DNA of 64,000 bases, from NCBI GenBank assembly GCA_031400935.1, contig JANNQV010000028.1, positions 1 through 64,000 of the forward strand, given 5' to 3'. Source of the DNA: Armatimonadota bacterium. GTDB taxonomy: Bacteria; Armatimonadota; Fimbriimonadia; Fimbriimonadales; Fimbriimonadaceae. The translations under genes were made by a program, and so were the position numbers. Below are positions 47,380 to 56,058 of the stretch, piece after piece (the stretch's first letter is position 1; every line of letters starts with the position of its first letter). The notes under the pieces are model-generated. The model saw only the letters and a program-made list of their open reading frames with translations. It searched no databases and had not been told where the DNA came from.

Positions 47380-48286
47380 TCGTCAATGCAACTACATTAC
47401 GATCTGGAAAAAACAATTTGACAATATAAGCCAGGATCACAGCTACACCGAGTACAGCCACGATTGCTGGACCGCTAGGCCAGCCTTGTGCGCCAGCCGA
47501 CTCAATTGCGTCGTGGGTTGGCGTTTCATGTCCGAAGTGAAGGGCAGGTGCGTAAAAGGATAGTAACAGGCCACCAATTGATCCCAATATCCCAATAGGG
47601 ATCGCGACCGCTGCCGCCCAGCCAATCTTCTCAATGAAAAAGAACGCAATGATCGCTGGCATGACGAGCCAAGAAAATACGACCAAAACTCCGGCAACCT
47701 TTACACTTGAAGCCACGACAATCGCCAGCAAGCCGTAAAACGCAAAATCTAAGAGCAAGGTCTTAAGCTTTGAGCGATCTGGATCGTCCTTAGTCAAAGT
47801 GACCTGAGTGATTGGCCTCCAAAGTGCCAGGAGCACCGCCATGATCACCCCATAAGTGATCGCTGTAGATTTGACTTCGGCATTACCAACAAAAATGATG
47901 TTTCCCGCCAGCATGTCTTTCAGTTCTTCTAGCCCATGTCCGGAAGGGGCACATTCCAAGACGATAATGGAAGCGGCGGTAGACAGAACATAAACTACTC
48001 CGATCAGTGCCTCGTGCGGAACTCTGCCCAATCGAAATCTAGAAAGAGAAATCAATAACGCGCCAGTAAGTGCAGAGGCCACAGCAAATTTGTAAGCTTC
48101 TGGCGAATTCGCATCGTGCCCATAGGCAATGGCAACAGACACGCCAAGAGCAGCAACCTGTGCAACAGCAAGATCAATAAAAATAAGTCCTCGCCGAACG
48201 ATGTGAAGCCCAAACAGCGCATGTACCGGCGACATCAAAACTGCCGCCAAAACTGCTGGGCCTAGCAACAACCAGAATTCTTTCAA
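47351..48286 (-). CDS. Metal (Zn/Mn) ABC transporter permease
   Basis: HALFGLHIVRRGLIFIDLAVAQVAALG and SVKVAGVLVVFSWLVMPA. GGAGG RBS precedes TTG 48286. Confidence 0.9.
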   Translation of the reverse strand: MKEFWLLLGPAVLAAVLMSPVHALFGLHIVRRGLIFIDLAVAQVAALGVSVAIAYGHDANSPEAYKFAVASALTGALLISLSRFRLGRVPHEALIGVVYVLSTAASIIVLECAPSGHGLEELKDMLAGNIIFVGNAEVKSTAITYGVIMAVLLALWRPITQVTLTKDDPDRSKLKTLLLDFAFYGLLAIVVASSVKVAGVLVVFSWLVMPAIIAFFFIEKIGWAAAVAIPIGILGSIGGLLLSFYAPALHFGHETPTHDAIESAGAQGWPSGPAIVAVLGVAVILAYIVKLFFPDRNVVALTNGGVAQNES

Positions 48287-48287
48287 A

Positions 48288-49304
48288 TCATTGCCTCCCA
48301 AGCGCTGCGGAAAGTCGAGAGATGATCGTATCGAACAGGGAAATATAGTCTCTAGCCGCTGCATCGTGTCCCACCGACCCAGGCAGGACGACAAGATTCG
48401 AACCTGCCCTCTCAGCGACAAACTGTCCGTTTTTCGTCGAATAGAATGGTTCTTGTATGATCACTTTTACACGATTTGCTTGCACAGTTCGGATAACAGA
48501 TGCTACGTGCCCTGGCGAAGGGTCGAGCCCCGGCTTCGGTTCCAGTTCTGTTACAACTTTTAGGTCAAACCGGTTCAAAAAATAGGTCCAGCTTCGGTGA
48601 TAAGTTACGACTGGCTGGCCTCGGAACTTGAGCATTTTTCCAGCCCATCCAGCTAGGTCGTTTAGGGCATTTTTTCCTCGCAAAGTCGCTGCCAAATCGC
48701 CAGCGTTGTCCCACGCCCATAGCTGGTCACCGCCGAATTCGTTGACAAGGTCGGCGCCGAACATTGCGTAATCCAAACGTTTGACAAAACTCTCTGCGTT
48801 ACGATCAAAAAACTGAGCGTTGCCTCCATCTAGGCTCCCCATTTTATCAGCTAGCTTCCGGGCAATGATCCGCCCGTTGTATGGATCAAGCCAAATGTGT
48901 GGATTGCCGTAGGGATGAATATCACCTTGCGCTCTCGTAACTTGACCAGTCGGGATGCCCAGCACTTTCACCCAACTGCCTGCGTAAACATGCCCAGGTG
49001 CGCCAACGCGAATTTTGGGATTTCTACTCCCGTCCAAAATAGCCGATTCGTATCCGACTTCCAATTCAAGCCCGATTGCAACCCAAAGGCTTGCGCCTGC
49101 TGCTTTGCTCATGTAGCTTGGCTTGGCTTCAATTCTGTGCGGGTCACGAGCTCCAGTTATCAGAGAACTGACCTGCACACGATCCCCGCCGACTTCCTTA
49201 ACAAGTGATGCAAGATCGGCAGTGGTCGTGATTACAGTTAGTTTCGCATCCGCCATTCCCGCGAACAGCATCCCGAAAACGCTAGTTATTAGAAGTCTTT
49301 TCAT
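48288..49304 (-). CDS. Metal ABC transporter substrate-binding protein (ZnuA/TroA)
   Basis: DPHRIE, GDIHPYGNPHIWLDP, YHRSW and EPKPG motifs. Confidence 0.94.
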   Translation of the reverse strand: MKRLLITSVFGMLFAGMADAKLTVITTTADLASLVKEVGGDRVQVSSLITGARDPHRIEAKPSYMSKAAGASLWVAIGLELEVGYESAILDGSRNPKIRVGAPGHVYAGSWVKVLGIPTGQVTRAQGDIHPYGNPHIWLDPYNGRIIARKLADKMGSLDGGNAQFFDRNAESFVKRLDYAMFGADLVNEFGGDQLWAWDNAGDLAATLRGKNALNDLAGWAGKMLKFRGQPVVTYHRSWTYFLNRFDLKVVTELEPKPGLDPSPGHVASVIRTVQANRVKVIIQEPFYSTKNGQFVAERAGSNLVVLPGSVGHDAAARDYISLFDTIISRLSAALGRQ

Positions 49305-49306
49305 GA

Positions 49307-50347
49307 TTAATACTTGTGCGCTGGGTGAGCCCCTATTGTCCATTGAAATTGAAAACTCAGGAGCGAACGTTTAGCTTCAAAATTGCTTGTGATTTGTTCG
49401 CATTCGAGCCGCCAATGATGAAACTCAGTAGGCTTGAGCGCTATTCCTACCAAATGGCTCCGGTGCGAGTCGCTGGTGCCAGGAATCTCGCTCGAATCGA
49501 AACCGGCCGTGACAAACAATCTGGGCATTACTTCATAAGTTCCTCGAATGAAGTAGCCAAATGCGGTTTCTTCTCCAGTTCCAGGTTTTGTCCAATAGGC
49601 TTCTGCTTCAAAGTTCGCTGATTTTCCCGCGGCGCCGGGATGCCATTTCATTACTGCGTCAATTCCAACGACCGAAGCTTGTGTATCACCACCCTTCATC
49701 AGTCGCTTTGCGCTCAAATACGATGCTCCGAATTGTGCAGAAAGGTCTTCGCTAAAATCAACAAATGTTCGGTACCTGCCAGCTAAAGCCGGGGCAGCAA
49801 GTGTAGCACCGTTGAAAACTGGCAATTCAGGATCAGAGTCTAAGACCTCAATTGTGAATTCGTTGAACCGATCGCCTGGCAACAAATAGCTTATAGAAAT
49901 GCCGGGCTGGCGGAACCCCTCGTCTCCCAATACATCTCGAATTACCAATGGGTAATTCAAATAATTGAGTTGATCGCCATGGTTTCTTTGCACCCTTCCG
50001 ACCGCCGCCGCAATTTTGCCGACTTTCAGCGTAATTCCGTGTCCGATGTTTGCATAACGCCCAAATGCTTCTTCCACTTCGACAACTGTTTCGCCATTTT
50101 CTTTGGCAATCGCAATGTACGCCTCTACTTTCAAGTGTGGGTCGGCATCGGCTGCAAATCCAAACTCGATTTCTCGGAAATCGAATTTTCTAGGTTCTCC
50201 TGATGAATCACTCAGCGTGCCGACAAAGTTGCCTGTAATCGCCATTTGTGGGTTGAAATAGCTGGGGCTTTGCTTAGCATCCTGAGCAACGATGGGAGAA
50301 ATTGCATAAACTGCGGCGACTGCCGACTTGATAGCTGTAAAGATCAT
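49307..50347 (-). CDS. Outer-membrane beta-barrel, 'zinc-regulated receptor/porin'-like
   Basis: FNPQM, REIE, VEEAF, alternating beta strands and C-terminal IGAHPAHKY. Confidence 0.8.
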   Translation of the reverse strand: MIFTAIKSAVAAVYAISPIVAQDAKQSPSYFNPQMAITGNFVGTLSDSSGEPRKFDFREIEFGFAADADPHLKVEAYIAIAKENGETVVEVEEAFGRYANIGHGITLKVGKIAAAVGRVQRNHGDQLNYLNYPLVIRDVLGDEGFRQPGISISYLLPGDRFNEFTIEVLDSDPELPVFNGATLAAPALAGRYRTFVDFSEDLSAQFGASYLSAKRLMKGGDTQASVVGIDAVMKWHPGAAGKSANFEAEAYWTKPGTGEETAFGYFIRGTYEVMPRLFVTAGFDSSEIPGTSDSHRSHLVGIALKPTEFHHWRLECEQITSNFEAKRSLLSFQFQWTIGAHPAHKY

Positions 50348-50387
50348 GAATGCCTCATAATGTCACTCTACCAGTCATTGATGGATA

Positions 50388-50406
50388 ATTGCAAGTTCTT
50401 TGCAAT
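50388..50406. promoter_or_regulatory. Putative Zur/Fur-family operator ATTGCAA-N5-TTGCAAT
   Basis: 7-5-7 inverted repeat 40 nt upstream of the metal-uptake operon. Confidence 0.6.
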
Positions 50407-50427
50407 ATAAAGATTTTTGCATGAGGA

Positions 50428-50545
50428 GATTGGGTTGGACTATTAGGAAATGTGGGACTAGTTGGACTAAATTGTTCTCCTGAATATCTGTGTCCCACCT
50501 GTCCCACCTGTCCCACCTGTCCTACAAGTCCCACACAGTCCAACC
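50428..50545. repeat. Inverted 9-mer arrays (GTTGGACTA / GTCCCACCT)
   Basis: Visible. Similar arrays lie at 45815-45890 and 57685-57785. Confidence 0.75.
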
Positions 50546-50582
50546 TTTACTGTTCCCGGTACAATTCCCTCATCGGTGGTCT

Positions 50583-51161
50583 ATGCCAAAACGAGTAGAA
50601 ACAATTGTCCTTCACGATAGCTCGACGCCTGTCCTCGGCGATTTGCAAAAGGGCGGCAATGTGGTCGTCACATCGCTTGAAACTTTGCTCGATCAAGCCC
50701 GCGCGCACGCGCTTTGGCCGCTAACTTTCGGACTCGCCTGCTGCGCCATCGAAATGATGAGCACAGTCGCTTCGCGATTTGACCTCGCCCGTTTTGGCTC
50801 TGAAGCATTCCGTGCTACTCCTCGACAAGCCGACGTCATGATCATTGCTGGCCGTTTGAGCAAGAAGATGGCACCTGTGCTTCGCCAGATCTATGACCAA
50901 ATGCCCGAACCCAAATGGGTGATCAGCATGGGCGCATGTGCCAGCACCGGCGGCGTATACAACAATTACGCAATCGTTCAAGGCGCAGACCAAGTCGTTC
51001 CAGTTGATGTTTATGTTCCAGGCTGCCCGCCATCACCCGATGCGCTAATTTTTGCGATTATGAAATTGCAAGAAAAGATCAAACGCAAAGAAGCGCGAAA
51101 TTTCAAAGATTTGCGGCTGTTTGAACCAACTCCACGAACTCTTGAAGAGGTTCAATCGTGA
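50583..51161 (+). CDS. nuoB: NADH-quinone oxidoreductase subunit B
   Basis: [28 protein letters not shown] and VYVPGCPP motifs. Confidence 0.97.
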   Translation: MPKRVETIVLHDSSTPVLGDLQKGGNVVVTSLETLLDQARAHALWPLTFGLACCAIEMMSTVASRFDLARFGSEAFRATPRQADVMIIAGRLSKKMAPVLRQIYDQMPEPKWVISMGACASTGGVYNNYAIVQGADQVVPVDVYVPGCPPSPDALIFAIMKLQEKIKRKEARNFKDLRLFEPTPRTLEEVQS

Positions 51162-51643
51162 GCCTCGGAATCTGGAAAGGCGTCGCCAAACCCGTCATTT
51201 CGGGAATGACGATCACCCTAAAGCGGCTCAAACACCGAAAAGTCACTGTCCAATATCCAGACGAACGAAGGGAGCACTACCCTCGAACTCGCTGGCGCCA
51301 CTTTTTGACCATGTATGACGACGGGCTAGAAAAGTGCATCGGCTGTTCGCTTTGTGCTGGTGCCTGCCCAGCCAAATGCATCAACGTCGTTGCTGAAGAA
51401 AACACCGATGAGGCTCGATTTTCTCCGGGTGAAAGGTATGCAGTCCGCTACGAAATCAACATGCTCCGCTGCATCTTCTGCGGTTATTGCCAAGAGGCGT
51501 GCCCGACCACGGCAATCGTATTGAGGCAAGACTTCGAGCTTGCAAGCTACACCCGAGAAGAAAATATTTACACGAAAGATATGCTCATGGAAAAATATCC
51601 CGGTGAAGCTGATGAGTGTTTTAAGCCGTCAGCCGCTAAGTAG
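51158..51643 (+). CDS. nuoI: NADH-quinone oxidoreductase subunit I
   Basis: [19 protein letters not shown] and [12 protein letters not shown] motifs. Confidence 0.97.
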   Translation: MSLGIWKGVAKPVISGMTITLKRLKHRKVTVQYPDERREHYPRTRWRHFLTMYDDGLEKCIGCSLCAGACPAKCINVVAEENTDEARFSPGERYAVRYEINMLRCIFCGYCQEACPTTAIVLRQDFELASYTREENIYTKDMLMEKYPGEADECFKPSAAK

Positions 51644-52059
51644 CGGGAATTGATTCCCTCTCTTTATTGCGAGAAACGTGTTTGTCGAAGCATAAATGAT
51701 TAAGATTGGGAAACAATTACCGACAGACTAACCGAGGTCAAGAGAAACTCTAAAGGAATACGCATCAATAGTCCGAGGCACGCTTTCTGGGGGTCCACCA
51801 AAAATATTCTGGGCACTAATGAATGTGGGAAGGTCGTCCTTGAACGATAACGAATCAGAACGCCATCACAATGTTTTTTAAAGGAAGGTCTAAATTTGCG
51901 ACGAGTTCAAGCACATATGCGTCAGGAGACCAAAGGGCGCAATTTGATACCGGACAGTCGGTGCAAGACGATTTACGCCGAATATGTTGATAGTGTTCGA
52001 CTCAAGCTTTCGACAATCGTAAACATGCTGTCCCCTGGTATCGCACCAAGGAAGAAATC

Positions 52060-54060
52060 ATGACTCTGGCCGCTATCCTATTACTGATCCCTACTACTAA
52101 CTGTTCGCCGGCCCCAGAGGTGGAATCGAATCTGGCGATCCAAATCAAGTCACCGATCAAGCTCGCGGAGTACTTCAAGATTCGGCGAGTATCAGGCGCC
52201 TCCTTCAACTTCGATGAAACTTTGATTGCGTACAAGTCAGATGAAGGCGGGCGAATGGACATCTGGTCGCGCCCTGTTATTGGCGGCAATGCGAAACAAC
52301 TCACCCATGCGAAGGGATTGATTGCGTCGTTCGGGTTTTCACCGACGTCGGACCTGCTTGTGTTTGGGGCGGACATCGGTGGCGACGAATTGATGCAACT
52401 TTACTTTACGAACTCAATGGGCAAGACTCCGGTAGCGTTATTTCCTGACGATCCCAAAACGACACGATCCGATTTCATACGGTGGGCAGAGGACGGCAAT
52501 GCCCTCCTCTATACCTCAAACCGTCGCGAGGCGAAGTGGATGGACCTGTACGAATATCAGCTTTCGAGTAAAAAGTCGAAGCTGGTATGGAAGGCGTCTG
52601 GAAATCTCGCCTTTGCCTTGTCGAGCACAAATCACAAGCGCTTCATCTTAACGGAAGAGACTTCAGATGCCAACACGAACCTGTATGTTCAGGAACGCAG
52701 CCGCAAGTCAGCCAAGCTCCTCACGCCTCACCGAGGGGAAATCAGCAATTGGGCTGCCGATCTGAGCCCTGAGGCCAAGACTCTCTATTATGTTTCGGAT
52801 GCGACCGGCGAGTTCGTCGCGCTACACGCGATTAATCTAACGACCATGAAGTCCCGAATCGTTAAGTCTGCGAAGTGGGATGTGTTCGATGCTCGGTATT
52901 CGCGTAAGGGGAAGTACTTTCTAACAAGCGTGAACAACGATGGAGCTACCGAGATCACAATCAGCGATGCCAAAGCTGGGAAACCTGTCGTGTTGCCTTC
53001 GGTCGCCAATTGGGGCAACTTGACCTCTTGCGAGTTCTCCAAGTCCGATCGCTGGCTCGCTGCACGGCTCGAAAGCGACCTCGCACCGCGATCATTGTGC
53101 CTCATAGATTTGAAAACGAGTATTGCGAGGCGCCTGTTCGACCCCTTGCCGGAGTCGCTCAAGAAAAGGTCCTTCTCACAAGCGAAGTCCATCCGCGTGA
53201 AGTCGTTCGACGGGCGCGAGGTCCCTGCCCTTCTCTACACACCTGCCGGAGACGGGCCGTTTCCTGCAGTGCTTGACATTCACGGCGGACCGACTTCGCA
53301 ATCGTTGCGCAATTTCCGTCCGTTCACCCAGTATCTCGTAAGCAAGGGCTATGTCGTGCTGGTACCGAACGTGCGCGGTTCGACCGGATACGGAAAGACG
53401 TATATGTCGCTCGACAACAAAGATTTCGGCGGAGGTCCGCTAAAGGACGTGCTCGCGTGCAAGGCGTGGCTGATAGCGAACGCACAAGTGGACCCCCATC
53501 ACGTCGCCATTATGGGCGAGAGTTATGGTGGGTACATGACGCTTGCGGCCGCAACCTTCGCACCAAAGGAGTTTGCCGCGCATGTGGACCTGTTCGGTGT
53601 TGTCGATCTGAAGTCCCTCGTCGAGAGCTTCCCTACCTATTGGGCCTCTTCGGCAACCTATATCTACCAGAAGTTCGGCAACCCGAACGACCCGAAGGAC
53701 GCACAGTACCAGCACGATCGTAGCCCGCTCTACTTCGCAGACAGGATCGAGCGACCGCTACTGGTCATTCAGGGTGCGAACGACGCTCGTGTCCGGAAGG
53801 ACCAATCGGATCGGTTAGTCGAGGCCGTGCGTCGGAGTGGTGTTCCGGTCGAGTACCTCGTGATCGAGGGAGAGGGGCACGGCTTTTCTAGTACGGAAAA
53901 CAACCTGCGCGCACTCGAGGCAGCGGATCGCTTCCTCGACAAGCACGTTATCGGTCATGCGGGACGACCAAGAAGTGGTCGAGTCGTCGAATTGGGCAGA
54001 GCCGTCGAACCTTGGAGGCGTCCCGCAGCAGTCTCACGTCTGAATCATCTGCACCGGTGA
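52060..54060 (+). CDS. S9 family peptidase (dipeptidyl aminopeptidase/acylaminoacyl peptidase)
   Basis: Beta-propeller, HGGP, GESYGG, QGANDARV and GEGHGF motifs. Confidence 0.95.
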   Translation: MTLAAILLLIPTTNCSPAPEVESNLAIQIKSPIKLAEYFKIRRVSGASFNFDETLIAYKSDEGGRMDIWSRPVIGGNAKQLTHAKGLIASFGFSPTSDLLVFGADIGGDELMQLYFTNSMGKTPVALFPDDPKTTRSDFIRWAEDGNALLYTSNRREAKWMDLYEYQLSSKKSKLVWKASGNLAFALSSTNHKRFILTEETSDANTNLYVQERSRKSAKLLTPHRGEISNWAADLSPEAKTLYYVSDATGEFVALHAINLTTMKSRIVKSAKWDVFDARYSRKGKYFLTSVNNDGATEITISDAKAGKPVVLPSVANWGNLTSCEFSKSDRWLAARLESDLAPRSLCLIDLKTSIARRLFDPLPESLKKRSFSQAKSIRVKSFDGREVPALLYTPAGDGPFPAVLDIHGGPTSQSLRNFRPFTQYLVSKGYVVLVPNVRGSTGYGKTYMSLDNKDFGGGPLKDVLACKAWLIANAQVDPHHVAIMGESYGGYMTLAAATFAPKEFAAHVDLFGVVDLKSLVESFPTYWASSATYIYQKFGNPNDPKDAQYQHDRSPLYFADRIERPLLVIQGANDARVRKDQSDRLVEAVRRSGVPVEYLVIEGEGHGFSSTENNLRALEAADRFLDKHVIGHAGRPRSGRVVELGRAVEPWRRPAAVSRLNHLHR

Positions 54061-54112
54061 GCACTACGAGGACAAGACGAAGTTCAACTTCGCAATGGGC
54101 AAAAGTGCCGGG
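53960..54112 (+). pseudogene. DUF1801 (YdhG-like) gene remnant
   Basis: An alternative frame reads DQEVVESSNWAEPSNLGGVPQQSHV*IICTGEHYEDKTKFNFAMGKS, resembling the DUF1801 pattern VVEE.KW..P..GVP.WSH.GIICTGE.YK..VK.TFA.GA. Confidence 0.65.
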
Positions 54113-54121
54113 ACGGACTTC

Positions 54122-55507
54122 TCAGACGAGTTCAAACTCTTCCATATGCTCCGGAATGACAACATCCCACCCCAGTTCCGCCACGATCTTTTCCTTCAAA
54201 ACCTCTTGCGCCGTCGGTTCACCATGAACCACAAACGTCTTTTTTGGAGGAGTCTTGAACCCGCGAAGCCATGTCATCATCTCGCCTTGGTCGCAATGCG
54301 CCGAAAGCGAGTTGAGCTTGTCAACTTCGGCATTAACCCGAACTGGCTGCCCGAAAATCTCAATTTCTTCCGCTCCTTCAATCATTCGTCTGCCCAACGT
54401 CCCTTCTGCCTGATAGCCGGTGAAGAGAACAAAAGTTGAAGGGTCGGGCAAGCGAGTTCGCAAGTGGTGAACCACCCTCCCGCCGTTTGCCATGCCACTT
54501 CCAGCGATGATGACGAGTGGTCCGCTTCGGGAGTTCAATGCCTTGGATTGCTCACGGTCTCGAACATATTCGAGGCGATCTGGCTCCATAGGATTGTCAT
54601 TTTCTGAAAGGGCAATCTTCATGTCTTTGTCATGTTCGTCTGCCGCATCAAAATAGAGCCTGCTAGCGCTCGTAGCCATTGGGCTGTCCACAAAAACCGG
54701 AATTCGGCCCAGCCTGCCCTCGTCTTGCAAAGCCTTGATGAAGAAAAGAAGCTCTTGGGTTCGCCCGATGCTAAAGCTAGGAACGATGACGCACCTGCCG
54801 TTCTGAATCGCGTCGTTTAAGATCACGTCCAATCGGTCTTTGGGGTCTTCTGTCGAATGAATTCGGTCGCCATAAGTGCTTTCGATAACCAAATATTCTG
54901 CAAATTCGACCATCGTTGGGTCTTTGATAATGGGTGTATTGAACCTGCCGAGGTCGCCCGACATCATGATTCGCTCACCGTTTGGAAAATAGATTTCGGC
55001 AAACGCGCTTCCCAAAATATGCCCTGCTGGCATGTATCGCCATGAAGCTCCGCCGGGAAGATCGTTGAAGTCCCAATAATGGATCGGCTTCATGTTTTTC
55101 AGCGCCGCGAAAGCCTGCTTTTCGTTGTAAAGCGGCCCCGTTTGACCGGGATGAAGATAGCCCTTTCGCGCTTTGTATTCGAAATCTTCTTCTTGAATTC
55201 GGCCCGAATCGGGAAGACTTACACGGCAAAGCCCAATCGTCGCCGGAGTTGCATAAATCGGCCCGTTGTAGCCTTCAGCGACCAGTTTAGGCAGATAGCC
55301 AATGTGATCCATATGGGCATGAGTGAGCACAATGGCGTCAATCTCTTTGGGACCAACAGGAAGAGGCTGCCAGTTTCGCTCTTGAAGTTCGCGAGAACCT
55401 TGAAACATTCCGCAATCAACTAGAATTTTCTTTCCGTCAATTGTCAAAAGATGTTTTGAACCTGTAACGGTTCGCGCAGCGCCGCAAAATTGTATGTTGA
55501 TCGCCAT
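54122..55507 (-). CDS. MBL-fold beta-CASP ribonuclease (YSH1/CPSF-like)
   Basis: VTGSKH, THAHMDHIG, AGHILGSA, ESTYGDR, SAHCD and VHGE motifs. Confidence 0.96.
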   Translation of the reverse strand: MAINIQFCGAARTVTGSKHLLTIDGKKILVDCGMFQGSRELQERNWQPLPVGPKEIDAIVLTHAHMDHIGYLPKLVAEGYNGPIYATPATIGLCRVSLPDSGRIQEEDFEYKARKGYLHPGQTGPLYNEKQAFAALKNMKPIHYWDFNDLPGGASWRYMPAGHILGSAFAEIYFPNGERIMMSGDLGRFNTPIIKDPTMVEFAEYLVIESTYGDRIHSTEDPKDRLDVILNDAIQNGRCVIVPSFSIGRTQELLFFIKALQDEGRLGRIPVFVDSPMATSASRLYFDAADEHDKDMKIALSENDNPMEPDRLEYVRDREQSKALNSRSGPLVIIAGSGMANGGRVVHHLRTRLPDPSTFVLFTGYQAEGTLGRRMIEGAEEIEIFGQPVRVNAEVDKLNSLSAHCDQGEMMTWLRGFKTPPKKTFVVHGEPTAQEVLKEKIVAELGWDVVIPEHMEEFELV

Positions 55508-55530
55508 GGTCTGGCGTCATTATGGCGTTT

Positions 55531-55986
55531 TTAGAAGAATGGCGGAACGACGACGTTATCTTTGTTCTGTGCGTCGGAAATCAGGACTTCGTACGAATCC
55601 GCTTTCCACTTCTTGCCGTCGTGAATCAGATTCACTCGAACCACCGGCCTTTCGGAACCGCCCCAGTCAAGTTTAGTTGTGCCGACCGCCATGACTTTGG
55701 CCTTTGTTTTCGAAATCCAGAAAACTTTGTGATAAAGGAGTTCGCCGCCAGCTTCGGAGTCATCGTATGCCGCTTCAGTAGCATCTTTGACTTTGTCGCC
55801 ATATTTCATGGTAACGCCTTCAATGGCAATGTATGGCAAAACGAGCGTTACAACGAAGAGGAAGCCAAAGATTCGCCACGACTTCATTTCGTCTCTTGTT
55901 TGAATTGCACGCGTTACGACATAAAGAAATGTCACAACGCCTGAAATGACCATGGCTCCGCCGATATAAATGATGACTCCAAACAT
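55531..55986 (-). CDS. Hypothetical membrane protein
   Basis: Two TM segments plus a soluble domain, with an AGGA RBS. Confidence 0.7.
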   Translation of the reverse strand: MFGVIIYIGGAMVISGVVTFLYVVTRAIQTRDEMKSWRIFGFLFVVTLVLPYIAIEGVTMKYGDKVKDATEAAYDDSEAGGELLYHKVFWISKTKAKVMAVGTTKLDWGGSERPVVRVNLIHDGKKWKADSYEVLISDAQNKDNVVVPPFF

Positions 55987-56058
55987 AGTTTGATCCTATT
56001 TAGGTTATCGGAAGAGTTTTCTCTCACAAATAGACCTTTTCCGATGTAACATTAGCGA

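Noticed and set aside
47385..47402. Second Zur-like site before merC
   Set aside because: Imperfect palindrome inside the permease coding tail, so support is insufficient.
51650..52050. ncRNA, integron attC or IS end in the long intergenic gap
   Set aside because: No recognisable consensus, terminal repeats or intact ORF.
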